Below, piece by piece: positions 58,000-64,000 of a DNA stretch of 64,000 bases (position 1 is the stretch's first letter; the number at the start of each line of letters is the position of its first letter). Made by a program: the position numbers and the translations under genes. The DNA comes from an uncultured Trueperaceae bacterium (GTDB taxonomy: Bacteria; Deinococcota; Deinococci; Deinococcales; Trueperaceae). The stretch is from contig CAVSGP010000002.1 of NCBI GenBank assembly GCA_963727505.1, positions 192,001-256,000 on the forward strand. Reading direction: 5' to 3'. Below the pieces are notes generated by a model, which did not search any database, was not told the DNA's origin, and was given only the letters and a program-made list of their open reading frames with translations.

Positions 58000-59331
58000 A
58001 TGAACACGCCGAGCGGCTCGCCGCCCTACACGCCCCGCGGCTGGCGCCGCCTCGACCCCGTGGCTCGCGGGCTGATGTCGGCCCGGTTCCTGCGCAGCAT
58101 GGCGCAGGGCGCGCTGGTGGTCGACTTCGTGCTGTACCTCAAGGCGCTCGGTTGGGGCGCCCCGACCATCGGCCTCCTGCTCGGCGCGACCGGCGTGGTC
58201 GGCGCGGCGCTGCTGCTCGCCGCCGGCATGCTGAGCGACCGCTTCGGACGCAGGCCGTTCCTGATGGGCTACCAGCTCGCTTCTGCGGCCGGCGCGTTGG
58301 CCGTCGTCGTCTTCCCCCACTCCTGGGTCCTCGTGCTGACCGCGGTCTTGCTGGGCTACGGCCGCGGCGCCAACGGGGCGGCCGGGCCATTCGCGCCGGT
58401 GGAACAGGCATGGCTGGCGGCGAGCGTGTCGCCGGCGGCGCGCAGCCAGGCCTTCAGCCTCAACGCGGCCCTGGGGTTCCTCGGTATGGGCTTCGGCACC
58501 CTCATCGGCTCGGCCGTGCCGCTGTTCGAGCGCTTCCTGGCCGGCCCCGCGGCCTACGAGCCGCTGTTCGTGCTCAACCTGGTGGTTGCGCTCATCACCA
58601 CCTGGATGATCGCCCGACTGCGCGAGCCGCCCCGCCGCGCGACGCAACCGGCGAGCGAGGCGTCGATCCAGGCCGCGACGGGTGTCCCCGACCCCGCGAT
58701 GGCGGTCCGCGCGGAGAAGACCGGCCGCGCCCCGGTCGGAGCCGAAGACCCCGCTGGGATGACGCGCCGGGAGAACGTCGCGCTCACGCTGCTGACGGTG
58801 GTCAACTCGGTCAACGCCATCGGCATCGGGCTGATCGGCCCGCTGCTGCCCTACTGGTTCGCGGTGCGCTTCGGGGTAGGCCCTGAAGCCATCGGCTCGG
58901 TCTACGCCGTAACCTTCCTGCTGACCGCCGTGTCCTCGGTGGTGACCGGCGAGATGGGCGCGCGGGTGGGGGTGGTGCGCTCCATCGTCGGGCCGCGAAC
59001 GCTCGGTGTGCTCCTGCTGGTCGCCATGCCGCTCATGCCCGCCTACGGCTGGGCGGCGGCGATCTACGCCGTGCGCTCCATCCTCAACCGCGGCACTGCC
59101 GGGACGCGGCAGGCGTTCAGCATGGCGCTGGTGCGAGACGCGCGCCGGGGGCTGGCAGGTAGCCTCAACGCTCTGTCGTTCCGCCTGCCCTCGGCGGTCG
59201 GCGCGGCGGCGGCCGGTTGGCTGATCGGGCTGGGCTTCCTGGACCTGCCGTTCTTCATCGCCTCCGGCTTCCAGTTCGCCTACGTGGCGCTGTTCGGCAC
59301 GGTCTTGAGACGCTACGAGGACGGCACCTAG
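58000..59331 (+). CDS. MFS transporter
   Basis: Motif A GMLSDRFGRR; 12-TM pattern; GPF.PVEQA. Confidence 0.88.
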   Translation: MNTPSGSPPYTPRGWRRLDPVARGLMSARFLRSMAQGALVVDFVLYLKALGWGAPTIGLLLGATGVVGAALLLAAGMLSDRFGRRPFLMGYQLASAAGALAVVVFPHSWVLVLTAVLLGYGRGANGAAGPFAPVEQAWLAASVSPAARSQAFSLNAALGFLGMGFGTLIGSAVPLFERFLAGPAAYEPLFVLNLVVALITTWMIARLREPPRRATQPASEASIQAATGVPDPAMAVRAEKTGRAPVGAEDPAGMTRRENVALTLLTVVNSVNAIGIGLIGPLLPYWFAVRFGVGPEAIGSVYAVTFLLTAVSSVVTGEMGARVGVVRSIVGPRTLGVLLLVAMPLMPAYGWAAAIYAVRSILNRGTAGTRQAFSMALVRDARRGLAGSLNALSFRLPSAVGAAAAGWLIGLGFLDLPFFIASGFQFAYVALFGTVLRRYEDGT

Positions 59332-59621
59332 GGCGCACACCGCCTCGCTCATCGCGAGCCAGGGTCGCGGTCCTTCGAGACCGCGACCCTCTCCCGTCGG
59401 GGCAGGGAGTGTCGGGCCGAGCCGGCGCGCAGGCCCTCCGATCCACACAACCCGGACGTCGCGAGGCGGCGCAGCGAACCGGGCGCATGCGGCGCCAGCG
59501 TGCCGCGTCTTGACGCCGTTCCCTCCCGCCCGCATACTTGACGAACTCGACCCCAGGCATCGACACACCCGCGCCGCGACCCCCTCCGTTCTTCGCGCGC
59601 CAGACCGAAAGGGAGGTCATC

Positions 59622-60707
59622 GTGACGGATTCGCCGCGTTCCCCGTTCGTCGTCGCTGCCGTGCAAGCGGCGCCCGTGTTCCTGAACAAGCAGGCGACGC
59701 TGGAGAAGGCCTGCCGCCTCATCCACGAGGCGGGATCCAACGGCGCACGGCTCGCCGTGTTCCCCGAAGGCTTCATCCCCACCTATCCGATCTGGTCCTG
59801 GTTCATCCCGCCACACGCCAGCCGGGAGCTACGGCCGCTCTACGCCGAGCTCCTCGACAACGCGATCGACGTGCCGGGCCCGGAGACCGCGATCCTGGGC
59901 CGGGCCGCTCGTGATGCAGGCGTGCACGTGGTCATCGGCGTCAACGAGGTCAACCGCGAAGGCAGCCGCACCAGCCTGTTCAACACCGTGCTCGTGCTGG
60001 ACGCGGACGGGCGGCTCCGCTTGGGCCATCGCAAGCTCGTCCCGACCGTGGCGGAGCGCCTGGTGCACGCCAGAGGCGACGGCAGCACGCTCGACGTCGT
60101 CGACCTGGGCGAAGCCCGGGTCGCGAGCCTCATCTGCTGGGAGAACTACATGCCACTGGCGCGCTACGCGCTGTATGCCTGGGGCGCCGAGATCCTGGCG
60201 ATGCCGACCTGGGACCGCGGCGAGCCGTGGCTGAGCACGCTGCGCCACGTCGCCAAGGAGGGACGGGTGGTCGTCGTCAGCGTGTGCACGCCGTTCCATC
60301 GCGATCTCATCCCTGACAGCTACGGCTTCAAGCAGGGTTACCTTCCCGACACGGTGTGGCTCAACCCCGGAGACAGCGCCATCGTCGATCCGGACGGCAA
60401 GATGCTGGCAGGCCCGCTCCACGAGGAGGAAGGCATCCTCTACGCCGAGGTCGACCCCGCGGCGTGGCGAGGATCGCGCTACCAGCTCGACGTCGCAGGG
60501 CACTACGGGCGGCCCGACATCTTCGACCTTCACATCGACCGCAGCGCCCGGCCGCCCATACGCGTGGACAGCAAGCTGCACGGACCCGGGCCGTCGGCGA
60601 CAGGCCCTGACCTGGAGGTCGAAACCTCCCACGAGGACGCGAACGACGGCCTCCGGTCGGCGGTGTACGACGGTCGCCCGGTCGAGGATAGCGTCGACGG
60701 CGGGTGA
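59622..60707 (+). CDS. Nitrilase (carbon-nitrogen hydrolase, class 1)
   Basis: Catalytic E-K-C in FPEGF, HRKLVPT..ER and ICWENYMPL; LDVAGHY.RPD; GGGAGG RBS before GTG59622. Confidence 0.92.
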   Translation: MTDSPRSPFVVAAVQAAPVFLNKQATLEKACRLIHEAGSNGARLAVFPEGFIPTYPIWSWFIPPHASRELRPLYAELLDNAIDVPGPETAILGRAARDAGVHVVIGVNEVNREGSRTSLFNTVLVLDADGRLRLGHRKLVPTVAERLVHARGDGSTLDVVDLGEARVASLICWENYMPLARYALYAWGAEILAMPTWDRGEPWLSTLRHVAKEGRVVVVSVCTPFHRDLIPDSYGFKQGYLPDTVWLNPGDSAIVDPDGKMLAGPLHEEEGILYAEVDPAAWRGSRYQLDVAGHYGRPDIFDLHIDRSARPPIRVDSKLHGPGPSATGPDLEVETSHEDANDGLRSAVYDGRPVEDSVDGG

Positions 60708-60734
60708 CGCTGCCGGGTCATACCGGCGGCGGTC

Positions 60735-61715
60735 TTAAGCGCGCATCGGCGTGGGCTCGTGAGCAGCGTCCGACGCCGCGTCGAGGCGCTCGATCTCCTC
60801 GATGGAAAGCGTCACCCGCAGCGCCGCCGCTGCCTCGGCCGCGTGCGCCGGCTTGCTCGCTCCCGGGATGGCCACGACCGTGTCGCCGTGGGCTCGCACC
60901 AGCCATGCGAGCGCGATCTGCGATGGCGTGGCGCCGCGGTCCGCGGCGATCGCCTCGAGCGCCTCGATGACCGGCCGGCTCGTCTCCAGGCGCCGCCGGA
61001 GCATCGTGCGGCGACCGACCGGGGTGGCGTCCAGCAGACTCGGGTCGCGGTGGAACTTGCCCGTCAGCAGGCCGGAGTCGAGCGGCGAGTAGGCGATGAT
61101 GCTCACGCCCAGCTCCTTCGCCGCGTCCAGCACGCCGTTGCGCTCGATCTCGCGATGCAGCAGGCTGTAATGCACCTGGTTGGACGCCAGCGGCAGCCCG
61201 CGTCGAGCCAGCGCGGCGTGGGCGCGGCGCATCCGGCGCTCGTCGAAGTTGCTCACTCCCACCGCACGGATCTCGCCCGCCTCGACCAGATCCGCCATGG
61301 CGTCCATCTCCGCCTCCGGCGAGGAGAACGACCACGGCTGATGAACCTGGTAGAGGTCGATCCCGTAAGGGGCCAATGCGCTCGTGCGGCGCCCGATCGT
61401 GCGGGGCAAGTTCGCTGCGGTGCGCATCAACGGCATCCACTTGGTCGCCACACCCACGCTTCCGGGCTCGACCTCCAGCGCCTGCAAGGCCGCGGCCAGC
61501 CCGCGCTCGGAGCGGCCGCCGCCATACATCTCCGCCGTGTCGAACCAACCGATGCCGCCCTCGAGCGCGGTCCGCACGATGTCCGTCATCGCCGGCTGGT
61601 CGATGGACGGGAACATGAAGCGGAAGACGCCCGCCCCGCCCGCGAACTGCATGATGCCGAGGCCGATGGGAGTGATGCGGAGGTCGGTGCGTCCGAGCGT
61701 CCTGGTTGGCTCCAC
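60735..61715 (-). CDS. Aldo/keto reductase
   Basis: IGLG, FDTAEMYG, ATKW, IDLYQVH, GVSNF, SNQV.YSLL, YSPL and IPGA motifs. Confidence 0.94.
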   Translation of the reverse strand: MEPTRTLGRTDLRITPIGLGIMQFAGGAGVFRFMFPSIDQPAMTDIVRTALEGGIGWFDTAEMYGGGRSERGLAAALQALEVEPGSVGVATKWMPLMRTAANLPRTIGRRTSALAPYGIDLYQVHQPWSFSSPEAEMDAMADLVEAGEIRAVGVSNFDERRMRRAHAALARRGLPLASNQVHYSLLHREIERNGVLDAAKELGVSIIAYSPLDSGLLTGKFHRDPSLLDATPVGRRTMLRRRLETSRPVIEALEAIAADRGATPSQIALAWLVRAHGDTVVAIPGASKPAHAAEAAAALRVTLSIEEIERLDAASDAAHEPTPMRA

Positions 61716-62047
61716 CCTAGGTCCCCCTTCATTGAAGTCGTGGTGTGGGGAGCGCGGTCTTCCCTACCCTACTCCGGGTCCGCCGACGCATTCATGCGCG
61801 ACTGGGAAGCGCGGATGAACCATTACCTGGAGCACGGAACCATGCTGCGGGACGATCCGTCGGGAGGCTGATCGGCGCACGTCCGGTCGGACTGCCGACG
61901 CGGGGTGACCGGGCGCACGGCTTGACCGGTCGGCACGGGTCGGCTTACCCTTCCTAGACCCACAGCGCGAGAGACCCCCACGCTCCCGGACTCCAGGAAC
62001 GGACGGCCCCATGCGCCCATCGGCCCTCTACGACCGACACATACCCA

Positions 62048-63498
62048 TGCCCGCACGGAACCACCGGCGCCTCCTGCGCCAGATCGCGGCGCTCGTCCTG
62101 CTCGCGATCATGCTGGCAGGCGCCGCAACCGCGCAGTCGACGGCGACGCCGGAACCCGTAACCCCCGAGCTGCTCGCCACGTTCGTCCCGGCCACGTGGC
62201 ACGGCATCGAGGCCAGCGAGCACCGGGCCCGCTTCGACGCCTCCGGCGCGGCCACGGCCAGCGCGCACTACGACGACACCAGCGACGGCCGCAGTTCCCG
62301 CGACCTGTCGATGGCCATCACCGACCTGGGGCCGTACCGCGACGCCACGCTGCTGGTGGAGCGGGCGGACGTAGCCGAGGGACGCGCGACGGAGATCGAC
62401 GTCGGCGGCTATCCCGCCTTCGTCGCCACCGACTACGGTGGCCCCACGCTCGACGTGGTGGCCGGGCGCATGTGGATCCGCTCGCGCGCCTTCGGCGATC
62501 TGTTCAGCGCCGGCGACTTGAAAGATGCGGTGAAGGAACTGCCGCTCGACGCCGTCGCCGCGCTGTCGGAGGCGCCGATCGCCGAGGGCGCGAACTACCG
62601 GCCGCTGGGCTTCACCGCCGGTGCGCTGCGCCATTTCCTCCCCGAGAGTGTGCTCGGCCTCGACCGCGGCGACGGTTACTACGCCAAGCGTCACCCCGCC
62701 GGCGTCGCCTGGGGAGGCTTCCCGTATTCGGGAACGGAAGGCGGCCACGACGTTCGGGTCCGGCTCACGGTCTGGGATCTGGGGACACTCGCAGACGCCT
62801 CCCGCCAGCGCTTGTCCGCCCAGCCGGATGCCTGGAGCGCCTTCACGCGCGACGGCCACCCCGGCTTCGTCGAGAGAGGCACGCCCACGCCGCGCGTCCT
62901 GCTGTACGTCGGCCGCTTCCGACTGCAGGCCGAGGCGCGCGGTCAGCCCGGCACCTCCGCGACGTGGCTCCAGGGTGCGTTCGACGCTGTGCATGTCGAC
63001 CGCCTTGCGCGGCTCGCGGAGCTCGTCCCCGCCCCGGCTCCAGCACTCGATCCGCTCGCCGGCCAGCCCCAACTCCTCACCCCGGACAGCCTCGCCGAGG
63101 CGCTGCCCGCGTCGCTTGCCGGCATGCAGCGCAGCGACCTGAAGGCCGAGGTGACCAGCTCCCGGCGCGACCCCTTCGACACCGCCTATGCCCGCGCCAC
63201 CTACCGAGGCCAGAGCGGCGTCGCGCTGAACGTCATGGTCTTCGACCAGGGCATCGTGCCGCTGCGCGTGAAGGAGCGGCTTGCGAACATGCGGGCAGTG
63301 GACACGCAGGGACGCGTACTCTACCTGACCGACACGCCGCCGACCGCGATGGCCATCGTGGGTCGCCGCATCGTCGTGACCGTCACCCCGGCCCGCGACA
63401 GCGACCCCACGCCGACCGAGGCGGAGCTGCAAGGCGCGCTCGGCGGGCTGGGCCTGCCGGGGTTGACCAAGCTCGTAAAGAGCGCCCGCTCCGACTGA
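62048..63498 (+). CDS. Secreted protein with three tandem ~150-aa repeats
   Basis: Signal ending ATA; the pattern L...(L/V)P..(L/W).G...Y...D(L/Q)G...GR...L..A...L occurs three times. Start is 62011 or 62048. Confidence 0.8.
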
Positions 63499-63680
63499 AC
63501 GGCGTTCCCATCTACGCGAGGACTCCGCACCGGTCCGGGGTGTACGCTGGGGTTCCCTCCGGCACCACGGACGAACGACCGGCGTGGACGGTATTCGCGT
63601 TCCTCTCCGGAGCGTCGACGAGAGGTGTCGGCACGACCGCCGGGCCCCGACCGGGAACCGAGCCTCGAGGAGGCGACCGC

Positions 63681-64000
63681 ATGCCCACGGCCCCCATCCA
63701 CGGAACCACCCTGTTCTACACCGTCGTCGGGGAGGGTCTGCCCTGCCTGGTCATGCACGGCGGGCTCGGTCTCGACCATCACTACCTGACGCCGGGACTC
63801 GACCCACTCGCGGACGCGCTACAACTCATCTACTACGACCACCGGGGCAACGGTTCCTCCGGCCGGCCGGCCCGCCAGACCCTCACCCACGCCCAGCTCG
63901 CCGACGACGCCGCCGCCCTTGCCAGCTACCTCGGCCACGAGCGTGTTGCGGTGCTGGGGTTCTCCTATGGGGGCTTCATCGCGCTCGAGTTCGCGCTGCG
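63681..64000 (+). CDS. Alpha/beta hydrolase (proline iminopeptidase-like), runs off the window
   Basis: GAGGAGG RBS; MHGG.G, YYDHRGNG.S and GFSYGG motifs. Confidence 0.88.
   Translation, partial: MPTAPIHGTTLFYTVVGEGLPCLVMHGGLGLDHHYLTPGLDPLADALQLIYYDHRGNGSSGRPARQTLTHAQLADDAAALASYLGHERVAVLGFSYGGFIALEFAL

Noticed and set aside
1..64000. tRNA/rRNA genes, IS elements, integrases, prophage or defence systems
   Set aside because: I recognised no cloverleaf or T-loop signatures, DDE or tyrosine-recombinase motifs, phage genes or defence domains. The STAND protein has a DNA-binding HTH rather than a nuclease or TIR/SIR2 effector.

Overview
A 64 kb, very GC-rich bacterial chromosomal segment, most likely from Deinococcota (Trueperaceae/Deinococcales-like). 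That placement is inferred from the rplU-rpmA-obgE-yqeK-LCP-rsfS gene order, a Met-type PCuAC and many leaderless-type promoters. The first 10 kb is housekeeping: acyl-CoA carboxylase beta, trpF, ppx, yraN, rsfS, LCP, yqeK, obgE, rpmA and rplU. It also holds an orphan cluster of five DnaA boxes and a long structured rplU leader. From 10.7 to 26.3 kb there are two mirror-image RND efflux operons around one MarR gene. Each encodes two TolC-like proteins, one apparently with six beta-strands and one with none, plus a long-hairpin adaptor and an RND pump with extra hydrophobic segments. This is the best candidate for an unusual system. The remainder is accessory: fbaB, a DUF62 SAM hydrolase, MFS/MarR, an uncharacterised secreted Ig-repeat protein pair behind GGGAC-N4-GTCCC boxes, an extra group-2-like sigma-70, an XRE-STAND-TPR regulator with a decayed paralogue, Sco/PCuAC between duplicated YitT genes, carbonic anhydrase, mscL, a nitrilase and others. 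I could not support any tRNA, rRNA, CRISPR array, transposase or integrase. Several frameshifts may be sequencing errors. All calls come from reading the sequence and recognising motifs; no searches were run.
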